64,000 nucleotides of DNA from Alphaproteobacteria bacterium (GCA_963422645.2 CAXXVO010000007.1:640001-704000), one strand, 5' to 3'. Counted from the stretch's first letter, positions 23,950 through 34,721 are shown. The notes: a model not told the origin generated them from the letters alone. A program made the numbers and translations.

Positions 23950-24531
23950 CTATGAGCACTCCTTCTTCAGGTAGTTATAGGCGTGATTGATGTGTTTCAA
24001 AAGCTCCTCGGATTCGCGTGAGCCTCCGTTGGCATCGGGGTGGTGCCGCTTGACCAGCGACTTGTAGCGCCGCTTGAGCGTGTCGATGTCGAGGGGTGGC
24101 GTGAGGTCGAATAGAGCGAGCGCTTCGAGCCTGGCCTCGGAGATCGTTTCCGTGCCTGTCCGCCTTCTTCCGTTCGGCGCTTCCTCGCCATTCAGCCACT
24201 CGCGCGCGAAGGTGCGGAAGGCTGCCTCCAGGTCCTCCCGCCGTGGCCCGCCTGGGCCTTGGCAGAACGGCCAGGTGGGGCGGTGCCCGGTCACGTCGTC
24301 CTGTTGAAAGCGTTCGATGTCGTGCTGGCTCCAGCCCGCGAAGTAATTCCACGAGCGGTTGTAGTCGCGCACATGGTTGAGGCAGAACCAGCGCCAGGAG
24401 CGAAGGTCGTGGGGCGCACGCGGGGCGCGATGGTCGGCGTCGCGGTCGCAGTCGGGATGTTCGCACACGCGGACGGGCGGCTCTTCCGCCTCGCGGTGCA
24501 TATCCTTCTCCGCTGCATGGCGCCATTCCAT
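23950..24531 (-). CDS. J-domain (DnaJ-like) protein
   Basis: C..P.C, WFCL.HVR.YN.SWNYF, C-terminal HPD; usual neighbour of cobS; start uncertain. Confidence 0.85.
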   Translation of the reverse strand: MEWRHAAEKDMHREAEEPPVRVCEHPDCDRDADHRAPRAPHDLRSWRWFCLNHVRDYNRSWNYFAGWSQHDIERFQQDDVTGHRPTWPFCQGPGGPRREDLEAAFRTFAREWLNGEEAPNGRRRTGTETISEARLEALALFDLTPPLDIDTLKRRYKSLVKRHHPDANGGSRESEELLKHINHAYNYLKKECS

Positions 24532-24627
24532 GAGAGCACTATGCCGCCCCCTCTGGGGCGGGGCAAGGCGGCGGGCGGGGACGAATTCGTGACAAAGACC
24601 GCTCAATTCCACGGCCGCATGGTTCTT

Positions 24628-26238
24628 CTAATTGTGGTCGCGACGAATCATGTCGGCCGCCTTCTCGCCGATCATTATGGTGGGCGCATTGGTGTTGCCG
24701 GAGGGGATGGCAGGCATGATCGAGGCGTCGGCGACGCGCAAGCCCGCGATGCCGTGGACCCGGAGCCGCTCGTCGACGACACTCATCGCGTCGCTCCCCA
24801 TCTTGCAGGTGCCGACCGGGTGATAGACCGTGCCCGCCGTCTCGCGCACGTAGCGTGCCAGCGCTTCGTCGCTCTCGACGTCCGCACCCGGCCGCTGTTC
24901 GGACTCGACGCACGAGGCGAAAGGCTCGGTCCCCTGGATGCGGCGCAGGATACGCACGCCTCGGACAAGGCTCATCACGTCCTCATCGTGGGCGAGGTAG
25001 TTGGGCTGAATGGCGACCCGCCGCCTACCGTCCGTGTCCCGCTCCAGGGTGACCCGGCCACGGCTCTTGGGCCGGATGGCACAGACCGAGCTGGTGCCGC
25101 CGGGGTAGGGATGCGGACGCCATCCGCCATCCGGCAGCAGCTCGAAGCTGAGCGGCCGAAAGGTGATCTGGATATCGGGCCGGCCTCCCTGCTCCCTGGA
25201 ATCGAGGAAGCCGCAGACCTCGCATGATGTGAGCGACAGCGCGCCGGTGCGGAAGATGCCGTAGCGCAGCACCTCCGCCGCAAGCCGCGGGCGGCTGCGC
25301 AGCAAGCGGTTGAGCGTCGGCACCCCTTTCTTGAGCTGCGGCTGCACAAAGACAAACAGGTGGTCGTGGAGGTTCTCGCCGACCCCCGGCAGGTGGTGGG
25401 CAGGCGCAATGCCGAGCGTCTTGAGCACGGCTGCATCGCCGATTCCCGATTGCAGCAGGATCTGGGGCGAGGCCACGGTGCCTGCGCAGAGCACGACCTC
25501 TCGCTCTGCGCGGGCGGTGACGGTGACGCCGGACTTGTCGGTAAAGACGACGCCGGTGGCGACGCGCTCCTCGACGACGATGCGGTCCACCAGCGCCTCG
25601 GTCACGACGTGCAGGTTCTCCCGTGCCGCTGCCGGCCGCAGATAGCCCACGGCCGTGGTCATGCGCCGGCCATTCCTGATCGTGCCCTGGACCATCGCGA
25701 TGCCGTGCTGATCGCCGGTGTTGAGGTCGTCCAGACGGGGAATGCCGCTCTGTACTGCGGCGTCGACGAAGAGTCGGGAGGCCGGGCTGCTGGGTCTGGT
25801 GTCGCTCACGCCGATGGGGCCGCCGATGCCGTGGCTCTCGCTCTCCCCGTGCTGCTGATCTTCGGCCTTGCGGAAGTAGGGCAACACATCCGCCCAGCCC
25901 CAACCTTCGTTGCCGGCGTCGCGCCAGGCGTCGTAATCCTCGGCCTGGCCGCGGATATAGAGCATGCCGTTGATCGCGCTGGTGCCGCCGAGCACCCTGC
26001 CGGAGGGGAATGGCATGCGCCGGCCGCCGAGGCCAGGCACGGGCTCGGATTGCCGCCGCCAGTTGAGCTTCGGGTGGGTGAGCAGGCGAGTGAAACCTGC
26101 AGGGATGTGGATAAAGGGGTTGGTGTCTTTCGGACCCGCTTCGAGGAGCAGCACGCTGTTGCGCGGGTCCTCCGCGAGGCGGGCGGCGACCGCCGCTCCG
26201 CCGGAGCCGGAACCGATGACAATGTAGTCCGCCTGCAT
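24628..26238 (-). CDS. GMC family oxidoreductase (choline dehydrogenase-like)
   Basis: GSGSGG, LEAG, GGTSAING, VGENLHDH, YHPVGTC, NTNAP. Confidence 0.9.
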   Translation of the reverse strand: MQADYIVIGSGSGGAAVAARLAEDPRNSVLLLEAGPKDTNPFIHIPAGFTRLLTHPKLNWRRQSEPVPGLGGRRMPFPSGRVLGGTSAINGMLYIRGQAEDYDAWRDAGNEGWGWADVLPYFRKAEDQQHGESESHGIGGPIGVSDTRPSSPASRLFVDAAVQSGIPRLDDLNTGDQHGIAMVQGTIRNGRRMTTAVGYLRPAAARENLHVVTEALVDRIVVEERVATGVVFTDKSGVTVTARAEREVVLCAGTVASPQILLQSGIGDAAVLKTLGIAPAHHLPGVGENLHDHLFVFVQPQLKKGVPTLNRLLRSRPRLAAEVLRYGIFRTGALSLTSCEVCGFLDSREQGGRPDIQITFRPLSFELLPDGGWRPHPYPGGTSSVCAIRPKSRGRVTLERDTDGRRRVAIQPNYLAHDEDVMSLVRGVRILRRIQGTEPFASCVESEQRPGADVESDEALARYVRETAGTVYHPVGTCKMGSDAMSVVDERLRVHGIAGLRVADASIMPAIPSGNTNAPTIMIGEKAADMIRRDHN

Positions 26239-26249
26239 TGTCTGATGCG

Positions 26250-26999
26250 TCAGGCGAGCGCCGCCGCGAGCGCCGTCGCGTCCTCGACGATGAGGTCGGG
26301 CTGGTGCGGGGTCTCGCCGAAGGGGCGGCTGCGCCGGTCGATGAAGACCGTGCGCATGCCGTAGGCCTTTGCACCGATACAATCGAAGGCGTGATTGGCG
26401 ACCAGCGCGCAGGCCGTGCGGTCGGCGCCGATAATCTCGGCGGCTTTGTCATAGGTCCGCCAATGGGGCTTGAAGGCCCCGGCCTCCTGCACCGAGATCA
26501 CATGATCGAAGCGGATGCCGACGTGCGGCATCGCAGCTTCCAGCATGTCGCGATCGCCGTTAGAGAGGATCGCAAGCGCGTAGCCCGCTGCGCGCAGCCC
26601 CTCCAGCGCAGCAGATACTTCGGGGAAGGGCTTGAGCGTCTCGATGTGGCTGACGAGCCGCATCACTTCCTCCTGCGTGTAGGGGAAGCCGCAGCGGTCC
26701 ATCACGAAGGCAAGCGCCCGGTGGCTGATCTCGCGATAGGAGGTGTGGCCCCGATCGCATAGAGAATCAATCATCGAGTTCTCGAAGTGAGTGCGCCGCC
26801 ACCAGGTGACAAAGCGGTGCGGCGCGCCGTCCCAGCCCTTCTCCTTCAGGTACGGGGTCGCGACCTCCGTCAGCCCTGCCTGCATGTCGACGACCGTGCC
26901 ATAGAGGTCGAAGACCAGGACCTTCGTCTCGCGCCTGAGAATCGCCGCCCGCTCGTGGGCGGTGCCGGAATCAGTCAACGAAGTGCGCCGCGGCTCCAT
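26250..26999 (-). CDS. Haloacid dehalogenase type II-like HAD hydrolase
   Basis: FDLYGTVVD, LSNG, FKP..Y, ANHAFDCIGA. Confidence 0.82.
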   Translation of the reverse strand: MEPRRTSLTDSGTAHERAAILRRETKVLVFDLYGTVVDMQAGLTEVATPYLKEKGWDGAPHRFVTWWRRTHFENSMIDSLCDRGHTSYREISHRALAFVMDRCGFPYTQEEVMRLVSHIETLKPFPEVSAALEGLRAAGYALAILSNGDRDMLEAAMPHVGIRFDHVISVQEAGAFKPHWRTYDKAAEIIGADRTACALVANHAFDCIGAKAYGMRTVFIDRRSRPFGETPHQPDLIVEDATALAAALA

Positions 27000-27015
27000 G
27001 TATCGCAATCGGGCC

Positions 27016-28284
27016 CTAAGCCTTGACGCAGCGGACCGGCAGCGATTCCAGACCACGCAGCACGATGCTGTTGCGGAACCGCGGGTTCTCGCCGCGCAGG
27101 CTGATTTGGGAAAAGCGCTCCAGCAGCACCTCGAGAACAATTCGGCCTTCCAGGCGCGCAAGCGGGGCGCCGATGCAGTGGTGGATGCCGCGCCCGAACG
27201 AGAGGTGGGAGCGGTCACCACGGCCAACATCCAGCCGGTCTGGTTCTTCGAACACGTCCGGGTCTCGGTTAGCCGCGCCAAGCAGGACGACGATGTTGTT
27301 GCGTTTCTTCAAGGGGAACCCGTTCACCTCGCAGTCCTCCAGCACGCGGCGGAAATCCGTCTGCACCGGCGAATCGAAGCGGAGCAGCTCATCGACCGCC
27401 GACGGGATCAGGCTCGGGTCCTCCCTGAGCCGCTGCAGCTGATCGGGATAGCGCAGCAAGGCCAGCACGCCGTTGCCGATCAAGTTGGTGGTGGTCTCAT
27501 TGCCGGCAATGAGTAGCAAGCGCAGCATGTTAAGCATCTCGCGCTCGGTGAGCCGGTCGCCTTCCTCCTCCGCCTGCGCTAGCGCACTCACGATGTCGTC
27601 CTTCGGTGCTGCTCGTCGCTCCTCGATGATCGGCCGGAAGTATTCGTTAAGCGACTGGTTGGCCGTTTCGGCAAGCGCGCGCTCTCGAGCGTCGATCGAC
27701 GGCTCCAGGGTACGCGCACGCTGGTCCGACCAGACCTTGAACTGGGCCCGGTCCTCCGGCGGCACGCCGAGCATCTCGGCAATAACGATCACGGGCAGCG
27801 GTTGGGCTACCGCCTGCATCAGGTCGAAACCAGCGGGGTCGTCAATCTCGTCCAACAGGGCTCCGAGCAGCGTGCGAATGTGGGGCTCAAGCGCGTTTAC
27901 CGCCTTGGGCGTAAAGGCCTTGTTGACCAGCGCCCTGAGCCGCTTGTGGTCCGGCGGGTCGAGGAAGAGCATGGTGAACTCTTCGTCCGCAGGCAGGTTG
28001 GCGCGCTGCCGCCGCGAGAGATTGCCCTTGCGCGGGTCGTTACCGAAGCGCCGATGGTCACGCAAGATCGTGTCGATGTCCGCATGCCGGGTGAAGAGCC
28101 AGGCATTCATCAGCCCGCTGCGGTGTACGGGGTCCCTTTCCCGCAGAGCTGCGTAGACGGGATAAGGGTCTTGGGCTGTCTGCCTCGACAGCGGGTTGTA
28201 CACCACGCCGCTCTGCCAGCGTTCGCGCGCGAGCATCGCGCCTACCACGACGGACCGTATCGCTTGGCGCATCGAGAACATCAT
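27016..28284 (-). CDS. Cytochrome P450
   Basis: DPPDHKRLR, AGNETT, ELLR, FGRGIHHCIG heme motif. Confidence 0.93.
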   Translation of the reverse strand: MMFSMRQAIRSVVVGAMLARERWQSGVVYNPLSRQTAQDPYPVYAALRERDPVHRSGLMNAWLFTRHADIDTILRDHRRFGNDPRKGNLSRRQRANLPADEEFTMLFLDPPDHKRLRALVNKAFTPKAVNALEPHIRTLLGALLDEIDDPAGFDLMQAVAQPLPVIVIAEMLGVPPEDRAQFKVWSDQRARTLEPSIDARERALAETANQSLNEYFRPIIEERRAAPKDDIVSALAQAEEEGDRLTEREMLNMLRLLLIAGNETTTNLIGNGVLALLRYPDQLQRLREDPSLIPSAVDELLRFDSPVQTDFRRVLEDCEVNGFPLKKRNNIVVLLGAANRDPDVFEEPDRLDVGRGDRSHLSFGRGIHHCIGAPLARLEGRIVLEVLLERFSQISLRGENPRFRNSIVLRGLESLPVRCVKA

Positions 28285-28553
28285 TGCCTCCTTGCGGACG
28301 CGCTTTCCCTGTTCACACGCGTCTCGCGGCCACCTCAGACACGAGAGAGAATAGCGCGGCATCGAGTGAGAGCGCCAACAATGCCGCGGCGACCTTGAAC
28401 TCCGTCGCCACCACGCATGATTCTGTAGTCTCGATAGGCTCTTCGGACCTGTGCCGAAAAGACGCTATGGGCTCAACGATGAGCGGTAGACTGGCAAGAA
28501 CTGGCCAGAAACCGGACCATCGATGGCCTTGATGGCGCATGACAGACCAATTT

Positions 28554-31111
28554 CAGAACTCCTGACATGGTGCAATTTCAAATGGCGGAAAGAGCCGGGG
28601 GCTGGAAGACGAATCGGAGTTGCGTTCCCGGATAGAGGTGCGATTCGGCGGTGAGATTTTCGCAGAGATGAGCGAGAGCGCGGTTGAATCGCGGGTTGGC
28701 CATGGAGTGGAAGCGGAGGATGAGTATCTGTCGTTCGGGTCGCGGGATCATGTCGGCCGGAAGCTGGTAGACCGCCTTGAGGAAAGTGCGGCCCTCCTCG
28801 GCATCGCGCATGAACAGCGGTGCGATCATGGGCAGCATCGCACTCTCGGCGCGGTATGCGATCATGCGGATCAGGTCGGTGAAGCGCTTGCGTCGATCTC
28901 GAGACGAACGATGTCCGCCTCGTCCATCACGGTCTTGGCCGACACCTTCTTCGGCAAGGCTCTCTTCCCGGCCCGGATCTCCTTGAGGATACGGTCGAAC
29001 TCGCCGATCCATTCCCTGATGTCCGGCAGGTCCGGATCGCTCGGCTTCCGGTCGCGCAGTTCGCCGTAGCGAATGCGAAGCTTGTCGAGCGCCTTCTTCA
29101 CGATCTTCCGGCTTTTCTCCAGAGCCTTGATCTGAGGATTTGCCATCGGGCGGTCGGGGTCTGCGGCTTCTGCGGCATAGCTGCACCGATGGTCGAGGGC
29201 GTATTCCTGGCGCATGTATTTGAAGTAGTTCTCCTGCCGCCATCGCGCGAACATCCGGGCGGCGACGGCGCCGGTCGACAGGTCGGTGCGCGTGGTCACG
29301 ATCGAGGTCTGGTGGCCGTTGTCGCATAGCCTGCGAACTTCGCGCACTGTCAGAGAGTCACCGCCCCCGGTGCTGAGCGCGAGCGGCTTTTCGGCCAGCT
29401 TCCAGGTCATCGGCTTGCCTGCCTTCTGCCGGCCGCTCGGATCGACAACGGTGACGAAGTCCTGCTGTGGCCAGGGGGCGTAGCGACCCTTGCGATAGGT
29501 CATGATGTCGAAGCCGGCGATCGACCAGCGCTGGAAGGCAGCCGGGCTCCAGGCGCCGCGATCGAACACCACGGTCGGCCGCGGCCCGGCGCCGACCTCG
29601 TCGCGGATTTTCGGGAGAACCGCGTTCTCAAGCATCGACAGCAGGTCGTCATTGGCTTCGGCGGTGACGAAGAACCAGGGCTGCGCCTGCGCGTCGTTCA
29701 CCCAGGTATCGGAGGTCGCCGGCATGCACAGCCGACGCTGCGGCGACCAGGTCTTCGGGATCTTGTACTTGCGGCCATGATAGGGCCGGACATGGCCGTC
29801 GACATAGAGATAGCCCAGCGCCTCGGGGCGCGCCCAACGCCGGGCCAGCGCATCGGCGAAGTGGCGCGCCTTGCCCATGGCGCCGATTTCCGCGAGCTTG
29901 CGGCGCAAGGTCTTCACCTCCGGCGCGCGGTCGAGGCCGAGCAGCAGGCCGAGTTCGCCCGGCGCATGGGCTTTGAGCTGCTCCGGCGTGCGTATCCGCA
30001 GCAGCGCCATGAAGGTGAGCAACAACAGCACGCTGCACAGACCGAAGAAGCCCTTCTTGAGATGGCCGTAGGCTTGCTCGCCGGCCGCGAACAGGCCCTG
30101 ATCCAGCACCGCCGGCAGCGCCAGCAGCACACCGGCTCCCGGCACCGCTTCCGCCGCCTGCACCTGCATCGGCGCCTCCGTCAGGCGGCCGGCCATCGCC
30201 AGAGTCCGTTCCTCAATCCGCTTGACGGCAACACCGGCGCTGCACTGCGCATCCGCCGCCGAACGCAGCGACGGTCCCGGCCCGGTCTCCAGGATGCCCT
30301 GTGGGAGCGACAACGATACCGGCGCTTCCGTTCGCTGAGCGCCCGGCGCCGGTGCAGCTGCAACCGAACCCTGCGCCGGCCCGGCACCCTTGCCTCCTCG
30401 CGCCGTCCGCTTGCCCGGCCGCACCAGCTTGCCGGTCTTGATCGCCGCCCTGACGCACCCTTCCGAGACCCCGACGGCACGCCCTGTTGCCGACACGCTC
30501 GCACCTGCGTCGAGCAGCTCCTGTGCCAGGGTGAGCTCGGCCCCGGCCAGCTTGTATCCTTTTCTTGGACGCGGCTTCGCGATGAGCGCCTCCAGCCCAC
30601 CGTCGAGATACTTGTCACGATTGCGCCGGACGGTCTGCCCGCTGACACCCATCGCCCTTGCCAGAGCTTCGGCTGAGACCAGACGCTGTGCAGTGAGCAT
30701 CGCCATTGCGTGGCGTTTCCCGAGGGCATCGTCTTCGGCATAGGTGAAGATCGGGCCCGCGCTGTTGAAAAAGACGACCCTTCCGTCCTCTTCGACCATT
30801 GCGAGCGTCTCGGAGATGACGATGGCGTTTTCCGGCCACAGCGGAAACTGAAGCTGCATCGGCTATGTTCCTGAACCGCGTTGTGCCCCTTTGCCGCGCA
30901 TTGTAAGCGAGTTCGGCTGCTCACTACGAGGCCCCTTTACAGCGCCCATATCATTGACATTAGTTGGAATACCCTGCTATTCTGACCGCTTCTTTCTGCC
31001 GCTCGTCCCGCATCTTTTCGCCTCAACACTTGACATTACGAAGGTCGGCCGGCGGTTCCCAAAACATTCTCAATGATTCAATCACTTACCAGCGTAATGT
31101 CAGGAGTTCTG
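28554..31111 (-). mobile_element. IS of a poorly classified DDE family (element A), 2558 bp
   Basis: Perfect 15-bp IR CAGAACTCCTGACAT; flanking direct repeat AATTT (28549-28553 and 31112-31116). Confidence 0.85.
28578..30859 (-). pseudogene. Large HTH-DDE transposase with -1 frameshift near 28890 (possibly an assembly error)
   Basis: Motifs YVDGH, VFDRG, RWRQENYFKY; C-terminal part (DLIRMIAYRAE, YPGT.LR) continues in another frame. Confidence 0.75.
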
Positions 31112-31634
31112 AATTTCGGTCAGACGCAAGATATGCTCATCAGCGACTATCAGTCCTTGTGAGGCAATCCGTCGACGAACGAGAGCCAAATACGCTTTGT
31201 CGGTACAAGCTCCGGCAATCATCGCGCGGGAAGCCCGTGCCGCATACCACAAACGATATGGTAACGATAGGTAGCATTATTTTAGTGCTGCGCAACAAAT
31301 CTCCGCCGTGACATCGTTTTTCATGAAACAGGCTAGGCTGTCGAAATCATAGACTCACCAACCGGCTATGGCGCACCCCGAGGCTCTTGCTGTGTCGTCA
31401 GCGTCAGTCACGTGACAGCGCGAAAGTTTTGCTAACAGAACGTCCTCGTTGCCGGAATTCTGGATGCATTGAGTTGTTATCCTGGAAATATCGTAACTAC
31501 CCAGGTACCCCAATCCTGAGTTGAGGACGGTGATTATGGCGGCGGCCGCGGTCTGGTTCTGCCACCGCGATTGGTTCTTGACCTCATAGAGTTGCGGGAC
31601 TATGGACTGCTCTCTCGCGTGACGGGAGCGGTCC

Positions 31635-32303
31635 ATGGGGTATTTCGGCTCGAAGGCGACAGCAGGTCTGTGCCAAGCGCTGATTGCGCTGATGCCGCCG
31701 CACTCCGTCTACATCGAAAGCCACCTTGGGGGCGGGGCGCTGACGAAGCGCAAGCCGCCGGCCGTGCGTTCGATCGGCATCGACCGCGATGCGCAGGCGC
31801 TCGAGGCCTTCGTCTGCGACTACCCGGTCGATCTGGTTCACGGCTGTGCCCATGACTTCCTGGCCTCGTTCCCGTTCCTGGGCCCGGAGCTGGTTTACAG
31901 CGATCCGCCCTATCTGCACGCGACCCGCCGCTCGGCGCAGCGCTACCGCTTCGAGTACGAGGAGGCCGGCCACGTCGCGCTTCTCGAACTGCTCAAGGCT
32001 CTGCCCTGCCAGGTCATGATCTCGGGCCATCCGTCGGCGCTCTATGACGAGGTGCTGGCGGGATGGCGCCGGCTGGCGCTGCAGGTCACGACCCAGGGTC
32101 TGGTGCGAACCGAGGTCGTCTGGTTCAACTACGCCCCCGACCGGATGCATTGGGCCAGCCACGCAGGCCGGAACTTCACCGACCGCCAGCGCATCAAGCG
32201 CAAGGCAGCCAACTGGGGCCGGCGCTACCAGGCCATGCCGGCGGGCGAACGCCTGGCGGTGCTGGCCGCGATCATGGCCGTCGAGGCCGACGAGGGTTCG
32301 TGA
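31635..32303 (+). CDS. Compact N6-adenine DNA methyltransferase (Dam/D12-like) inside an IS66 end
   Basis: Motif X GYFGSK, motif I YIESHLGGG, motif II GIDRD, catalytic DPPY, MISGH, motif VIII TEVVWFNY; GGGAG RBS. Confidence 0.85.
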   Translation: MGYFGSKATAGLCQALIALMPPHSVYIESHLGGGALTKRKPPAVRSIGIDRDAQALEAFVCDYPVDLVHGCAHDFLASFPFLGPELVYSDPPYLHATRRSAQRYRFEYEEAGHVALLELLKALPCQVMISGHPSALYDEVLAGWRRLALQVTTQGLVRTEVVWFNYAPDRMHWASHAGRNFTDRQRIKRKAANWGRRYQAMPAGERLAVLAAIMAVEADEGS

Positions 32304-32606
32304 CAGTGTCGCGCTGGCACGAGGACCTCGCTGCCCACGACGAGGCCTTCGCGTGCCTGCAGGACCTTTTCACCCCACAATCCTTCGCAATGACCGCCGT
32401 CAAAGCCATTCGGGAATGGGGCCAGAGGTTGCTGCGCCTGAGCGCGGCCCTGGTCAAGGAGAACGACGCGCTGGAGCGGGAGAACGCCCGCTTGCGCGAG
32501 CGGATCGCCGAACTCGAGCGCAGCGCCGCGCTCGACAGCACCACCAGCTCCAAGCCGCCGGCCAGCGACGGTCTGAAGAAGAAGAGCGGTGACCGGGAGA
32601 AGCGCA
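32300..32606 (+). pseudogene. IS66 transposase N-terminal fragment coupled to the methyltransferase
   Basis: GTG start overlaps MTase TGA (GTGA); ENARLRERIAELER..LDSTTSSKPPASDGLKK resembles TnpC at 7128..8633; broken at the fold-back junction. Confidence 0.8.
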
Positions 32607-33038
32607 CCATCCCGCCAGCACCTCGTCATAGAGCGCCGACGGATGGCCCGAGATCATGACCTGGCAGGGCAGAGCCTTGAGCAGCGCGAGAAGCGCGACG
32701 TGGCCGGCCTCCTCGTACTCGAAGCGGTAGCGCTGCGCCGAGCGGCGGGTCGCGTGCAGATAGGGCGGATCGCTGTAAACCAGCTCCGGGCCCAGGAACG
32801 GGAACGAGGCCAGGAAGTCATGGGCACAGCCGTGAACCAGATCGACCGGGTAGTCGCAGACGAAGGCCTCGAGCGCCTGCGCATCGCGGTCGATGCCGAT
32901 CGAACGCACGGCCGGCGGCTTGCGCTTCATCAGCGCCCCGCCCCCAAGGTGGCTTTCGATGTAGACGGAGTGCGGCGGCATCAGCGCAATCAGCGCTTGG
33001 CACAGACCTGCTGTCGCCTTCGAGCCGAAATACCCCAT
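32607..33038 (-). pseudogene. Truncated second copy of the adenine methyltransferase
   Basis: Same N-terminal ~144 codons with two amino-acid differences (T/M, E/A), cut after DEVLAGW. Confidence 0.85.
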
Positions 33039-33324
33039 GGACCGCTCCCGTCACGCGAGAGAGCAGTCCATAGTCCCGCAACTCTATGAGGTCAAGAACC
33101 AATCGCGGTGGCAGAACCAGGCCGCGGCCGCCGCCATAATCACCGTCCTCAACTCAGGATTGGGGTACCTGGGTAGTTACGATTTATTGAGACAAAGTGA
33201 GAGTCCGCGGGAGAGGTGCGGGCCAGGACCGCGGCACGCACCTCGTCGTAGCGGCTCCCCTGGACCGCGCGCCTTGGTTAGGATGCGCCCCGCGTAACCC
33301 CGATTCCCGCCGAGCGAACGCCCG

Positions 33325-34290
33325 ATGGCCGTCTACACCGAAGTCTCCGACGACGAGCTTGCCGCCTTCATCGCCGACTACGACATCGGCACGGCGGTCT
33401 CCTGCAAGGGCATCGCCGAGGGCGTCGAGAACTCCAACTACCTGCTGCTGACCGAGGGCGGCCCCTACATCCTCACGCTCTACGAGAAGCGGGTCGACGC
33501 CAGGGACCTGCCCTTCTTCCTCGGGCTGATCGAGCATCTGGCGGCGCGCGGCGTGCCCTGCCCGGTGCCGGTCCACGGGCGCGACGGCGCGGTGCTGCGC
33601 ACGCTCTGCGAGCGGCCGGCGGCGATCACGAGCTTCCTCGCAGGCGTCTGGCCGCGCCGCCCCCGGCCCGTGCACTGCGCCGAGCTGGGCGAAGCGCTCG
33701 CGCGCTTGCACCTGGCGGGCCTCGACTACGAGCCCGAGCGTGCCAACGCGCTCTCCGTCGACAGCTGGCGCCCGCTCTTCGAGCGCTGCCGCGCCGGCGC
33801 GGACGACGTGGTGCCCGGCCTCTCGGCCGAGGTCTCGGCGACCCTCGACCGCATCGAGGCGGAATGGCCGCGCGATCTGCCGCGCGGCGTGATCCACGCC
33901 GATCTCTTCCCCGACAACGTCTTCTTCGAGCGCGACCGTCTCAGCGGCCTGATCGATTTCTACTTCGCCTGCAACGACGCGCTGGTCTACGACCTCGCGG
34001 TCTGCCTCAACGCCTGGTGCTTCGAGCCCGACTTGAGCTTCAACGTGACCAAGGCCCGCCTCATGATCGGGCGCTACCGCGCGGTGCGCCGCTGCTCCGC
34101 GGCCGAGATCGCAGCACTCCCCCGGCTCGCCGAGGGCGCCGCGCTGCGCTTCCTGCTCACCCGCCTCTACGACTGGATCAATCAGGTGGACGGCGCCCTG
34201 GTCAAACCCAAGGACCCGCGCGAGTACCTGCACAAGCTCCGCTTCCATCGCGGCGCGTCGGGCCCGGGCGCCTACGGCATCGAGCCGTGA
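33325..34290 (+). CDS. thrB: Homoserine kinase type II
   Basis: [47 protein letters not shown]. Confidence 0.94.
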   Translation: MAVYTEVSDDELAAFIADYDIGTAVSCKGIAEGVENSNYLLLTEGGPYILTLYEKRVDARDLPFFLGLIEHLAARGVPCPVPVHGRDGAVLRTLCERPAAITSFLAGVWPRRPRPVHCAELGEALARLHLAGLDYEPERANALSVDSWRPLFERCRAGADDVVPGLSAEVSATLDRIEAEWPRDLPRGVIHADLFPDNVFFERDRLSGLIDFYFACNDALVYDLAVCLNAWCFEPDLSFNVTKARLMIGRYRAVRRCSAAEIAALPRLAEGAALRFLLTRLYDWINQVDGALVKPKDPREYLHKLRFHRGASGPGAYGIEP

Positions 34291-34721
34291 CCGTTACGAT
34301 CTATACCGACGGCGCCTGCAGCGGCAATCCGGGGCCGGGCGGCTGGGGCGCGGTGCTGCTCTACGGCGAGCACCGGCGCGAGATCAGCGGCGCGAGCGCA
34401 GACACCACCAACAACCGCATGGAGCTTACTGCCGCGATCCGGGCACTGGAGGCGCTCAAGCGCCCCACGGACGTCGACCTTTATACCGACAGCACCTACG
34501 TGAAGGACGGCATCACCCGATGGCTCCCCGGCTGGAAGGCCAAGGGCTGGCGCACCGCGTCCAAGTCGCCGGTCAAGAACCGCGACCTGTGGGAGGCCCT
34601 CGATGCGCTGGTCCAGCGCCACGACGTGTCCTGGCACTGGGTGCGGGGCCACGCCGGCAACGCCGGGAACGAGCGCGCCGATGCGCTCGCGCGCGCGGCG
34701 CTGAAGGCCGCGGCAGCGTAA
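34287..34721 (+). CDS. rnhA: Ribonuclease HI
   Basis: [41 protein letters not shown]; GTG overlaps thrB stop. Confidence 0.95.
   Translation: MTVTIYTDGACSGNPGPGGWGAVLLYGEHRREISGASADTTNNRMELTAAIRALEALKRPTDVDLYTDSTYVKDGITRWLPGWKAKGWRTASKSPVKNRDLWEALDALVQRHDVSWHWVRGHAGNAGNERADALARAALKAAAA

Larger units (their letters stand above)
31493..33180. mobile_element. IS66-derived fold-back unit: two methyltransferase-carrying IS66 left ends fused in convergent orientation
   Basis: Both termini GTAACTACCCAGGTACCCC; arms 31493-32066 and 32607-33180 are 574-bp inverted repeats; no TSD (GAAATATC vs GATTTATT). Confidence 0.85.

Noticed and set aside
28871-28900. Programmed ribosomal frameshift in the large transposases
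   Set aside because: No slippery heptamer, and the breaks are at different positions in the two homologues
31323-31333. CATGAAACAGG match to the IS110 left end
   Set aside because: Only 11 bp with no clear further similarity; could be chance
31635-32303. Restriction-modification system
   Set aside because: No endonuclease or specificity subunit nearby; the partner gene is a transposase
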